DNA of 46,158 nucleotides from Perkinsus olseni (Eukaryota): NCBI GenBank assembly GCA_013115125.1, contig JABANN010000262.1, positions 1 to 46,158 of the forward strand, read 5' to 3'. Shown piece by piece: positions 11,501 to 23,509 of this stretch (position 1 is its first letter; each line of letters starts with the position of its first letter). The notes under the pieces were generated by a model. It saw only the letters and a program-made list of their open reading frames with translations, ran no database searches and was not told where the DNA came from. The position numbers and the translations under genes were made by a program.

Positions 11501-11756
11501 ATGCTAGTCTCAAACGGGGCCGGCTTATAAAAGATTGCGCAGTGATGTCGGTGGTGCGTCTAAGATATGTCGTCATTGGCTGCGAGGACAGTGTCACTAT
11601 GGCGATAGGTAGGAGTATCTTAGGTCGAAGCTAGGAAGATTCAGTTCTGCTCAGGTGTAGTTTTCGTCATGTAGTCCCTCCGGGCATGGCCCCTCCGCCA
11701 CAGAATTTGGTATTTTTACAGGGCGGAGATCCAGCTAGCTTGCTTAGGGGAGCCTG
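8526..11756 (+). CDS. RNA-binding protein with RRM, SF1/STAR-like KH domain and CCCH zinc finger (multi-exon; ends uncertain)
   Basis: Joined exons give an RRM (DLWSTFVK|YGPLKTVQLL..VALVEFQENSDAQECQRHLD|GMVL), a KH domain (FPIVGRIIGPNGEHMKEIHNKTSAKLRLRGR..ESDEPLHLCVS) and a CCCH finger (CRHWLRGQCHYGD|RCSFRH). Intron phases are consistent. Confidence 0.8.
10472..10729. repeat. T-rich low-complexity tract inside an intron (about 10351-10746) of the RRM-KH gene
   Basis: Interrupted poly-T runs; the flanking exons join in frame as WCAR|FVIG. Confidence 0.7.
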
Positions 11757-12985
11757 AACTAATTCAAGACCGAGGCGACGGCCGTCGTTCCTGACAGGTT
11801 ACCAACTGTTACTGTGCTCCTTATATTTTTTGTGATCTCAATTTCTGTTAATTGGTCTCTGTTGTGTTCGTCATGAGGGGAGTGAAAGAAGTTGGCCAGA
11901 GCTGGTTGAAGTAATGGCAAGTTATCAAGAGGGCGACGTGGACCGGACAGAAGATCTGCCTTTGACGCCACGTATGGAGCAGTGGGTTTTGCCACTACTG
12001 AGTTTCCGGAATCTTCCGTTTTGCGCGCGGAATGCCGTAATTCAGTTGAGTAAAAAAGCTCTACAATACTATAAAAATGTAGACAGACTGACTAGATAGT
12101 AATAGTCATAATACATATTGTATTCCTATTACTTAATATGGTTTTTTATAAAGATTAGTAATCCCTTCTGAGAGTCAGAGTCGATTCTGGAATTAATCCT
12201 TACAACCTAGAATGGACTTGTTCTTGTTTCGATTCTGAGTTTCGGAATTGGTTTGTTGAACGCTCCTCGCGAATTTTGCAGGCACACAAGAAGCGCTGCG
12301 GCGGACGGGAATCAGCCCCCTCAACTTGAAGCCGAAAGCCTTTCAAGAGTACTCTCATCTTCTTGTATCTTCATTGCTAACCTATCTCTCCTGTCTTGGA
12401 CAGGTTCCACGTTAATGGTGATTCGGTGGAGCTTCAGCGGTTGCGGTTTAACCATTTTGAAACGAAACGACGGGAGAGGATCAGTCGGGTTCTTGCTGAG
12501 CGTGCGGTAAGACAAGGGAAGCTGCCCTGTCTGTAGGCCTAGGGTTGGTAGTCAGTACATCGGTGAGTTCAGGGATGATTTTTGAAGTTGTGAGCCAGTC
12601 GTTGGCGTCGTTGCGGAGACGGAACCAGCGAGGTTTGTGATGGACCCGCGTAGTTGCGAAACTCAGAAGCGAATCTGCAATTGATTTTTACTCGTAGAAT
12701 GATCAGAATTGGTTTGTTGAACGGCCGTGGAATGGTCACCTTTTGACTGAGGAAGGCGAGCTTCGTTAGTGTGGCTGATAAGAGTTGACCAAGTTATGGT
12801 ATTGGGTTGGCTCAGTTCGCTTGCGTTGATATTTTGTTTTCTGGTGTAAAAATCTTATTCGCGAAAGACGTGTTGTGAACGAAAAAATACACTACCTCGA
12901 AGACTCGAGATGTAAGGAATCTTTGGTTGACCATGGTCAGTGACGAAATCTGCGCTCGTGATCGGCTGTTGCTATTCAGGCGGTC

Positions 12986-15900
12986 ATGCGTGACCAGTCG
13001 CCAATTGCAAGCTCCGCACATGCAAGTAAGGGGATGCAAAATTTGCAGATGGTGGAAAGTCTGATAGCGAAGGAAGCGGCAAAGCTGGAGAGGGACCTGA
13101 AGAATCAGGCGAGGTGTGGTATTCACAAGGCTGACTCTGGCGTTACTCAAAATAAAAGATACCATGTTGCCATGGAGAGGGAAAATAGGGAGCAGATTGA
13201 ACGAGAGAGTCAGCTTGAGTTCAGGGAGAGGTCGGCATCTTGTTATTCCGTGTTGTGCCAGCTTGAACCTAAGATACCGACGGGAGAGGGTCGCGGCTGC
13301 TCAGAAGCAGATCGAGGCCAAGGGCCAGCAGGTGAAGGACGCCATCGACGCACGGATGGAGGAGAACAGGAGCAGACTGCAAGCGCTCGAATCTGTACAT
13401 AATCTTCTGGGATTTGTTGGAAATGTGGTACGGCATTTTCTCAGGACTTCGTGGCGAGGCAGGCGGATGCTTCGGCGCATCAGTTATCGGAAGATCAACG
13501 CCTGAAACAGTGGCAGGTGCAGCAGGACTTGACGAGCTCCGAGAAGAGCGAAGAATGGGAGAAGAAACGGTGAGTCGCTAACCATTATGAAACCGTCGAA
13601 TTGACTATTATTTCTGGTGAGCTCGAAGGAGAAGTGGTGGTCCCCACGTGTCGGGCCAGGAGTGCTGAATAACGGCACATTTCTCGACCTTGCATTCTAT
13701 GCGGTGTTCGGGCTCTTTCGTCTGCGTAGGATCGCTGTCGCCTTCTGCTGCGGCAAACCTGGAAGGAAAATGCAGCCTGCGACGGGAAAATTTATTTGTG
13801 TGGCACCATGTCCACCAGGGGAGGTGCTTTATCTTTTCTCAAGAAGGGAAATTACGAAAACCTTGCTTACCATGCTCAGTACAAACAACTCTAGCGATTT
13901 CCGTTCAGGGCCGCCATGAACAACAAGATTGCGGAGTTGGAAGTGGAGAGAGCTTTGCAGGGTCAAGTTCTGCGGCAAAGATTTGAGAATAAAATATACA
14001 CCGCTGAGAAGAAAAAGGAAGCCGATCTTGCGCAGCAGTGAGAAACGGAAATCACAGGTTTCGAGCGATCGCATTTGTCTGGGTCTTCAGTCTGCTCAAG
14101 CACAAGACAGCGCACTTCAAGTTGGTGGACGCGAAGGAGAAAAGGGAAGAACGTAAAAATACCGCTGCTGGGGTTCGAACCCGCGACCTGGAGCGCTGTC
14201 TCAGTGGAGAGAGTTGATCGGCATCGACGCGACCTTATCGGTAGACAGATGGATGACAAGGAGGAGAAGATCGCCACGATGCTGTCGACTAAAGATCTGG
14301 TCATGGCTCAGCGGAAGGTGGGGAGGAGGTCCCAGGTTCGATTCCCAGGGCCGACAATATTCTTTATTAGATGCTGCTACAACAGCAGGAATGCCTGAAG
14401 GGCAAGCCGATGAACATCAGGCAGATCATGCCGGGCCCCGCTGATTACAGTCACCACATGAACAGTAAGTGCCGTCAACAACGCGAAGCAGCGTATCTTA
14501 GGTTGATCCTTGACTTACACGGACCACATTGGGTCTTCTCTTCTCACCGTTAGTTGCGGTTTCGGATGTCAATTGTCCCGGTTCTCCCAACTTCCTCAAA
14601 CTCAGGCAGATTCCGCCATTCTGCGAGTCGGCTGAGGCTAGTCGTGCGCAGGTTGCTTGAACACTTCTGCAAGCTGGCAGGAAATGGAGTCGTGATTTTT
14701 CTCATCATTTTTTTCGGACTCGTAGATCCTGACTCGATACTGTCTATGAAAAAGTATTACTGTTTCTACCGGTTCTCTTGGGGGCATTCTCGTCGTGAGC
14801 GATTGATTCACAAAACCTCATTCTGATGTGTTCTCAAAGAAATCTGGTATTAATAGAACAGCATCACACTCTCCAAGCACAGTTTGTGTCCCTCTACGAA
14901 AGATGTCGATTAGGTGGCGAAATTGAGAAATTAAACACAATCTTTGAGACCAACCCAGGGTTGTGGGAACCTTTCATTCGTACCGCTTCTAGGCATTAAG
15001 GAGAATCCAGCTCCCAAGATAGCCCGGTCGAAACCGAAATTGTTGATACCGGGCGCCACGGACTTCGAGCTTATGAAAGCTAAATCGATCCCGCCACCTG
15101 GGGCGTACGACCCCAAGGTCCTCCCCTCCGGATCTGGACTGTGGGATGACGTCAAGGTGATGATAATTTCGTGGCGCGCGGTCTGAGATGTGGATGATTT
15201 CAGGTTTCGATGGGCAAGGGATCTAAGACGACTTATTTGGATGAAGAGCAGGCAGCGAAAAGATTCGCCCCCGGCCCGGGCGCGTAAGGAAATCAAATTC
15301 GAGAATGTTTGTGGATGAACTTTTCGCAGTTACGAGGTTGCCGCGAAGACATCATCTCTTCAATTGGATCATGGCACTAAGATCGTCAGGTGACGGGGGG
15401 TTATGGTATGTTTTGATGCGATTTCCGGAATTTATGGTATTATCGAAATTATCCTGCTCTACGACGGAATGGCGGATGATTCTCATCTACGCAATCCTAG
15501 TATAGTTAATCTCGTGACGAGAGAGAGTAAGGGTCTTCACTAGACTGCTACCTCTCCTGAATTTCAGTAGGGCTCTCAGGATTCAATTAAGCGTATACAG
15601 GACGATTCTGGGAGGGCTCTTGCAACCGATGAAAGGCAGGCTATTGAACCCGGAAAGCGGAGATTTTTGTCTATTGGCGCTTGTTGTGACGGGCTTGTCT
15701 ATTTGACGATTTTTGAGTTTCTGAAGAGCGCGTATTGAATCTCCGCGAATTTTAATAAAAAATTTTCGAATTTCAATGAAAATTCTCTTGAATTTTCTCC
15801 TATTTCAAAAAAAATGTCCTCAAATTTCCGTGATTTTCATTCTGAATTTCCTTTCAGAGATTATGTCAAGAATGGCCGAGAACCCTCATTTATCCCCCCG

Positions 15901-16084
15901 CCCGAAGACTCCCCCGGTCCGGCAGGCTACAGTGTGGACCGCTTCCACCGACAAGAGCGCCTTCGAAGGTTGGGCACTCTTCATGCTAGTCGGCTTGGAC
16001 TGGCTTTTCTTCAGAGTACAGAAGTCTCTGCCGTCCTTGGCGAAGGCGCTACGAATGTCCGCTTCTCTTGACGGATCCCGATGA
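12986..16084 (+). CDS. Coiled-coil protein with C-terminal PGPxxY repeats (STPG/ODF3-like, putatively flagellar); start uncertain
   Basis: Many short exons encode E/R/K/Q-rich helical segments, followed by MPGPADY (about 14428), PPPGAYDP (about 15091) and SPGPAGY (about 15909). Last exon ends ...SLDGSR* at 16084. Confidence 0.65.
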
Positions 16085-17624
16085 CGCTGTCTTCTACAGC
16101 ACTTCACAAACCATGTCGTGCATAATTGCAGATTTACCCTTAGCGTTGTGAAGGACTCTGGTGTTGCGTCTGAGTGTGAGAATTATTTTTGCCTGGGTTG
16201 AACCTAAGATGCCATCTAGATGATGCCGCGCCTCCGGTAAGCTTTAGTGGTGAGTGTGAGTTTATAGTCCATCGATGGGTCCGGGCCGGACCGTCCGGCT
16301 TAGACTCTTGCCTGGGTGCTTGCCGGTTGGAGACTCCCTCTAGCGTTACCATCTTGATGATGCGACGTCTCCGGTTAGCTCTACTGGTACTGCTCGACCT
16401 TGTTCTGTCTGTCCTGGGCAAACCAGTTGAAGTGAGACGAGCGCCGGAGTCGCCTACGAGCATCATTGGTGTCAGATCGAGTCGTCTGTTGTCGACGCGC
16501 CTCTGAGACTTCCACCAATTGGTTTCACTGCTCCTGATGCGACGGCGGTAGACGAACGACGACGGCCACCCTTGTTCGAGTCCCTTCCTTTTCTTCAGGT
16601 ATCGATCGAACCAGGAGCGTCCCACTTCCTCATCGAAGTCGTGTCCCTTGTTGTTGTGAGTTTCGACTCTACCGTTGAAGGAGAAGGAATTTCTTTTTCT
16701 CAGATGTTGCTCACTTTGTCTCAGTTGAGCTTGCTTGTGTGGTCATCAGCTCAGCTCTTCTTAGAAGAGGTACCCTCGGGAAAGCTCTTGTAGTCGCCTG
16801 AGTTGTTCGAGCCCGAATAATTGACAGCGCCGCACCCGAGTCTGCATCACTACCGGCGGCGCCGAGTCATTCATCTTCTGCATTATTATCGTCAGCAATG
16901 TCGCTAAGCTTCAGCGTAGCTTCCCGTCGAAAGATGGGATCAGCGATGGGAGACGCTATTGCGCCCAATGGAACCTTAGCTCAGCTCAGCACAAGCAGAA
17001 GATTCCTTGACTATAGTTCAAGCTAGGAAGAACATCCCGTTTTTTCATTCTCTCCCGTCCGTACATAGCGGACAAGGCGTGTCGAGAATTATCGCTACAT
17101 AATTATAGGATTAGCACAGGGTACTGATATTTAGTATTAGTACCCTGATAATACAGTATTTTACCTAGAGTGCTCTAGTAAGATTGTTATGGTGTCGTTC
17201 GCACGGCATGAGAGCCGGTCAGAAAAGGGCAAGACTTAATGAGATTAAACCATTATTATGGTAGTATTACATTCAAGTAACTCAATGCTGTGGCCATTTT
17301 TTAGGCAGTAGTTTTCAAATATCCTTCCCTCACGGTCCCTCGGAGCACGAAACCTTAGTTGTGCAAGTGTATGAAAGCCTTAGCTCAACCTCACGCTAGT
17401 GAATGACTTTATCGGCGCTGTCGAAGATAGGATCCCAGGATTTCGTTCAACCCTTGACTCAAGTTCCCTTATGGTTAACAGCGCCTCAACAGAACGATGA
17501 AGCCTCGCTTTTCAGAGAGAGCGATATCGAAAGTTCCGAGCGACGTGACGCCTCCTTCGCGTGCAGGGCTACTGTAGCATGACGAGGGGACCATGGTTTC
17601 GTATTTTGTTAAACAGTTTGGCTC

Positions 17625-17905
17625 TTCCATGTCTAATTGAGTTGGAAGCAGAATTTCCGGGATTCTTGCTCTCAGTATCCGTCCTAAGTCAACCTAAGAT
17701 ACGAAGAGTTATGCCGAATGAGCTCTCTCTCTCGCCAATGCACTTAGCGACTGCAGCGCAAAGCTTGGGGCATTGGGCGGCGACCCATCCGCTGCCAGCG
17801 TTCGGACCAAAGCACACGCACATCTAAGAGACATCTGCAGGGGACGGCAGAAAACAGGAGCAACACAATAACTATCATTTCTGTGTGCGGTAACGCTACC
17901 GGCTA
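17625..17905. repeat. Degenerate repeat of about 280 bp, paralogous to 21623-21942; possible remnant of a small Cys-rich secreted gene on the - strand
   Basis: Shared blocks such as GCGCAAAGCTTGGGGCATTGGG and AAGAGACATCTGCAGGGGA. Minus-strand frames read MIVIVLLLFSAVPC and QCPKLCAAVAKC. Confidence 0.7.
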
Positions 17906-18270
17906 GCCGGTCGACTCCCAGTACCGCGACAAAGTGGCGAGCTTTGGTGAGTTCTACAAGGCAGTTCTGCGAGATGATGGCGAGCCGCTCAGCTGAACGT
18001 TGGCCCGCGCATCACCTCCACCAATGTCCCTAACAATTTGGTTCGAGCTTCATCAAAATGCTCTGGAGTTTTACTAATTTAGCCTGAGGTTTTACCAAGT
18101 AGGTCTGGAACTGGCGTTGTCTTGTAGGATTTCGCGCTGATAGGCTGCGAGAACACGGCTGCTTCAGGATGAGAGTACCAGAAGACTACCACTGGGCGAG
18201 ACCACCGCAACTGTTCGATAATCGCCTCGGTAAGGCGGTTGAAGGCCTTTTCGGAGATTTAGATCCATCA

Positions 18271-18970
18271 AAGTCTTGTAGAGAGGGTAGGGTACCCCCC
18301 TCTCAACTGCCCACTTCCGTACACCCTACATAGTGGTAGCTGCCAGCCTGGCCCTACTTGTCCTTAGTGATAGTGCCGGGTAGGGCCACCGCTCCAACTA
18401 TGTTGGGAGACTTTGCGCAGTCTGACTATGAAGTGGCGAGCGCGTCATTCTGTGGCGATTCTGAGTACTGATATGCGTTGACATTGATCTGTGTCATTGT
18501 CTCTGAGTATCTTGTCTGTCTCTCTATGTGTTAGCTGCGTAGCCTAGACGCTGTGTAAGTCTGTATAAGACTTTGAAGTAGGTGAAGTTTATAAGACTTA
18601 TTGGCGAGCCTTATTCCTGTGGTGGTTGCTGGGTTATTATCTGTGTACTCCTCTGAGGTATCTATTGCTCTTCGGATACGATTGGGTTCACACTTTGTAC
18701 ATCACTCGGTTATCAGTAAGGATCATTGGTTACAAGAACTGGTTATTGTGTTGATTAGTCATGGTTACAGAAAATGGGCCTAACTCTGAGTCATCCACAG
18801 ATGGGACTCAAACGGCTGTCAACAACAACTCAGTGCGTGCTTCCGGCTCCCAACAACTAGTTGCCGAGATCTCCGATTATTGCCCGCAGCGACTTGCTCC
18901 ACACTGTGGACCGTACACCGAGCGTGATCCTGCATGCTGTGGAGTCCACAGGCACACTCCGGCAGAGTGA
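18271..18970 (+). mobile_element. Possible LTR-retrotransposon remnant (LTR-like segment, TGG primer-site-like motif, short ORF)
   Basis: Imperfect inverted termini AAGTCTTGTA (18271) and TATAAGACTT (18590-18599), then TTGGCGAGCC at 18601 and an ORF starting MVTENG at 18761. No RT or integrase motif is visible. Confidence 0.3.
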
Positions 18971-19838
18971 CTCAGGAAGCTTGCCTCTCCTTTCCCGCGG
19001 AAAGGTTGCTAAGCCGTATCGGGAACGGTTCGCAGGCCCTACCAAACACCACAACACTGGCTTCATTTTTCTGCGATTCCACAGTAATGCGCGGAAGACG
19101 CAGCGGAAGAACTCCTTGACGAGCGATATTTGAATACAAGCGTGGAGACTAGAGACCCCCAATAAAATCGCAACAACCTCACCTTGATCGTGTCGTTATA
19201 GATGCCGTTACCGTCGGTGATAGGTCTTCACGCTAGACGTATCACGTTCTTCTGAACACTGCCACTGAGTTTTCAAGTGTAGGCCTGAGGCCTAAGGACT
19301 CTGTAGAAAGCCGATTTCTTACCTGCCTTGATGCGAGTAGTTTCAGAGCTTGAAGTTTGGGTGGGAAGAATTTGAAGACTCGGAAGTTCCTTTAGGACTC
19401 CTAAATTAGGAGACTTAGTGTACAGAATGTAGCTTTTTGAGAGCGAGAATTACAGCGTACCAAGATGTCGCGATCTACGCACATTCGCATGGTTTGATGA
19501 CTCACGTGATGCTATCACGGTGATGGCCCTCTTCGATCCGTTTCCTGGGAATGTGCTGCGGAGATGCTGTACAACTTCGTGCAGGAAGGAACCAACTCAA
19601 TCTTCCTCTTTTACTCGGATAACTTGGCGCTCGAGGATATGGAATTCCATTGGCGACGGTGAAGGAGCTTCGCCTTCTGATTTGGTTCTGCAGAACCAAA
19701 TCAGAAGTACCACACCAGATCTGGTGTGGTACTCGCACGCGGAGTGCTCCACCGGTGCTATCAGTTGATGGTGGTGACTCCCTCCCAAGATTATCACGCG
19801 AGGTATCTTCACAACCCCTCAGCTTCCCTCTTGTTATA

Positions 19839-20896
19839 ATGCAAACCTTCATTATTTGGACCCCCTCTGTCATCTGTTTGATGATTCACATACCGCAAGT
19901 GTACGGAGCGACACCCTTCAACTCCGACAACGATGAGGACCCCATGGAGGCTGATGATGGTCCATACGCTGGCTTGGGTAAACGCCGAAGGAATCCTGAT
20001 ACTCGTCCTATACTCAAGGCTGCTTTGAACCAAGAGCATAAGAGAAGGAGGGCCGACCAAGAAATGTCCATCCCGATCGCTCTTTCTTCTAAACGCAAAC
20101 GAGAGTCGATGGATGAAGACACGCTCCAAGCCAATAAGCGTGTGGCGAACACTGAAGTAGGACCATCATCGTAGCCGCGAGTGGTGGAGTCACCACTAGT
20201 CGCAACGAGAACGATTAGTCGCATCCCCAGGATGACCTTTCTCAGGATGGTGAATGTAAAGCGGAGACGGAGCACGTGATCTCTGGCGAGTCCCGCGTGA
20301 AGCTTTGCAAGATTGTGAACAACGGGGATCCCCAGCTTGTCTACGGTGACGATGATCGGAAATTCTCCTCTCTGGGCCTCGCATGCGGGAAAGTTGAATA
20401 CTACATGTAAGAGCAATTTTAGTGTTATCCTTGTGACTACTGCTCACCTCTCGTTACACTGTATATCCCCTCAACTCGATTTGAGCATGAACCCCGCGAG
20501 AACTGGGCAAATCGGTGAAAGTCTAAGTTAGACTAAGTTAGACTGTCTAACCGAGCCGGTGCGGCCGGCGTTGGGCCGAACTCACATACACTGTGCTCGT
20601 TTTTTAGTGACGAGTATGGGATCTCTGGGGTCGACATTGATGATGAGTACTACTTCGTGACTATCCCGGACCCATTGAAGGATATTCATCAGAAGGCCTT
20701 TCAGATGACGGAGTGTTCAGAGGTCTTTAAGCTACTTCAGAGCGAGCTAATGAAGCGCGTCCGAAGGGACTCAATCTCTGGAGAGTTGTGCCATGAGATG
20801 AGAAGAAAGATGTGCCAAGCATACAGTAGCGCTGCGAGCGTGATTATACCGAGGTTACTGACGATCTCTGAGGAAGCATCGATGGAGATGATCTGA
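19839..20896 (+). CDS. 'MQTFII' family secreted protein, copy 2 (exons 19839-20156, 20246-20406, 20608-20896)
   Basis: Shared leader; KRRR and KRKR motifs; exon 2 DGEC..LC..ACGKVEYY; exon 3 DEYG..DPLK..FQMTEC..LC..MC. Intron phases 0 and 2. Confidence 0.82.
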
Positions 20897-21622
20897 GGCG
20901 ACGCGTGTGTCATGCTGCATCTGTTTGCGCTGTTCGTCAAAAAATCCAAGGTCTTGTATTAGTTATGTACTGATACACCGCTTCATCAGAATACTGGAAA
21001 CCTTAATAGCTCAAAGAAAGCTTCATAATATGCGAGCTGGGCGTGTGACTCACTTACTGTGAGTTGCTCTCGCGGCTCTACAGCTCCTCAACTATGTTGA
21101 ACCGTCAGTGCGTGCCACGAACTACTTGGCGACTATCCATCGAGCGGCGCTGATATTGTGCGCGAGAAAGCGACCTGAGCCTTAGGTCCTTAAGGCTTTA
21201 TGTCATCAAGTTCACGAACTGAGAGAGTACAAGAAAAATCATAACAGTCTGGGTGTGTGGTGTATTTGCTCAATATGTGTACGAAGTTTGGGTTAAAAAA
21301 GTTTGGTTTTGGGGGAAAGAGCATTTATTCATTGAGGTGTACCCGTAAAACGCGTAAAGCAGTTTTACGGCTGCGCGGTTTATACTGGCTGCGTAGGTAA
21401 AAGGACCCTGATGGTGAGACTAAATAGCCCGATACCTCAATCAAGTTCTGATTCCTAGCATGATTTTTACTCGTGGATCAGACACTCTTTAAACGCATCG
21501 CTTGCAGGTCTTATCGCTTTGCCCCACTCTTTCGTCATCAGAAAACTTTTTGGCCACGATTCTTAATCAAGATCAGATCAGCTGCATCCAAAGCTTGATT
21601 GAGATTTTTTCACTTGCCACTC

Positions 21623-21942
21623 TCATGTCTGATTGAGTTAGGAGTGATATTCTCAGGAAGATGCTTCAGCGCCGGTCTTGCTCCTCCGACGGAGGACCTC
21701 CATCACCGTTCGAAGTCAACCTAAGGTTCATAGAGTTATACCGAATGAGCCCTCTCTTCCCAGTGCACTTAACGGCTGCCGCGCAAAGCTTGGGGCATTG
21801 GGTGGCATCCCATCTGCTGCCAGCGTCCGTATTAGCGCACATTCACGTCAAAGAGACATCTGCAGGGGAAGGGTCGTCAGAGGGCGGAAAACAGGAACTA
21901 CACAACCACGATCATTTCGGTGTGCGGTACCGTTGCGAGCTA
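21623..21942. repeat. Second copy of the repeat at 17625-17905
   Basis: Direct-orientation similarity. Minus-strand frame reads QCPKLCAAAVKC, and the leader contains a stop (MIVVV*). Confidence 0.7.
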
Positions 21943-22311
21943 CAGACAGGAAATATCTTAGGTCGATGCTGGCAGGTTTTAAGGCGCGATGAGGTACCAT
22001 CGGACGTGGCGAAGGCAATGCAAAGACTCAACCGAGAATACGGCGAGTGACGAAAATGTTTCAGTTGCCCCTCTGTTTCTCTTCCGTTCCTCACTGAGTA
22101 CTTTTACGCTGTGATCTTCACTTAGGGACCCCCCTCCCGAACTCAAACGTCTGGAAGAGTAAAAAGGGAACACTGATAGACCCTGACTGATCGATAACGC
22201 AACACCTGTGTTCTGCGGTCTGCGATCCCATCTTTTATCTGTGGTCTTTTTGACATCCGCCACTCAGCCTCGGCGTGGCTTCTTATCGGAGCAAGATAGG
22301 ATGAGCGGAAT

Positions 22312-23064
22312 ATGCTCAAGAACGCGTCCTCCGCTATGACAAACTCTCGGACCGTCTATGGCTTGAGAGGGTATTCTAGGTATCTTCATCATGAAGCACG
22401 AATGAGACAGCATGTTCTGCCGGACATCCGAACTCAAATGCGGCACAACCTTGAGGGAGCAGCTCGAATCCCGAAGGTAACCGTTCTGACCCAACCCTTC
22501 TACCCGCGAAAAGGGCTCGGCTGCAGGTGGTTCGTCCGGCCATACACCAAGGCTTCCAGACTGCCATGGCTCTTAATGGCGCGGTACGGTGCCTACACTG
22601 GTTGGCGGAACCTTGATCAGTTTTTCCAGTTGGACGGGGAGAGGTCGATGGTTGGCCACGCGGATATCAAAGAGATCGCTCGAGACGTTATGGGAGATGC
22701 AGGAAAAGCATTGTACGTGAAGATCGTCTGGGTACGCCGAGGTTCAGAAGGCAGGTACCACTTCGATAAGTTCCAGGACATGACCGAGAAGCTGAGAGAC
22801 GAGATGAAACCCATGGACCACGACTTGAAGGTTGATAGTATGGCGAATCTTTGGTTGATGCCTGTGTGTGATGACGATGAGATTTCGGACACGGCTGATG
22901 TTGGCAATTTCTTGTGCTCGTTCCTGATTGTGTTGGCGAGTCTGGATGTGTGCACTAGGCATTGGAAAGGTGGGGACGGGTGGTCCACAAAGGAGATTAT
23001 GAAGCACGGCGAGTTTAGCTCGCCAAAATATCTGGGAAAAGAACGAAAGCTCCGGGCTTGTTGA
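22312..23064 (+). CDS. Hypothetical intronless ORF, 250 aa, possibly 5'-truncated; no family recognised
   Basis: 753-bp open frame with globular-protein composition. Confidence 0.5.
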   Translation: MLKNASSAMTNSRTVYGLRGYSRYLHHEARMRQHVLPDIRTQMRHNLEGAARIPKVTVLTQPFYPRKGLGCRWFVRPYTKASRLPWLLMARYGAYTGWRNLDQFFQLDGERSMVGHADIKEIARDVMGDAGKALYVKIVWVRRGSEGRYHFDKFQDMTEKLRDEMKPMDHDLKVDSMANLWLMPVCDDDEISDTADVGNFLCSFLIVLASLDVCTRHWKGGDGWSTKEIMKHGEFSSPKYLGKERKLRAC

Positions 23065-23509
23065 GAAAATTCTCTCCTCGGTGCTGATGGGAACTGCTGA
23101 ACGAGAAGTTCGTACTCTACCAAGGCTCCGAGTGCCCAGAAAGCATCTTTGCCCAGCCTTTAATGGTGAGCTTCATCCACTGGATGAACACAAGACTGAA
23201 GTTTTGAAAAAGCCTTCCGATACATGTGCGACCGATGGATGAGCACGGCTAGGAGGAAAATTGAAAACGAAGAAGCTCAGGGTGATACCCCGAGGCAACA
23301 TTTGTGGAGGCTTCGTACGCGTCGAAACACGGGAAACCGGTGATGCCGAGTTGAGCTCGGCGAGCTTGCCGGAAAAAAGTGACGACGTCAACTGAGCGCC
23401 AGTGGGCTCCGAAAACTACTCGTACCCGACCCGAGACTCAGGACGGCGATTCGGGAGGCCCAGAAGTACGGCAAGCCAGCAACGACGAAAAGGAGAGGAG
23501 ACAGAAAGA

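Noticed and set aside
14165-14190. GGGTTCGAACCC B-box-like motif (similar ones at 9977 and 14334)
   Set aside because: No flanking cloverleaf or A-box; these lie in introns and are not tRNA genes.
16140-16990. Minus-strand ORF fragments (161 aa and upstream pieces)
   Set aside because: Interrupted by stops, with no recognisable domain; I cannot support a call.
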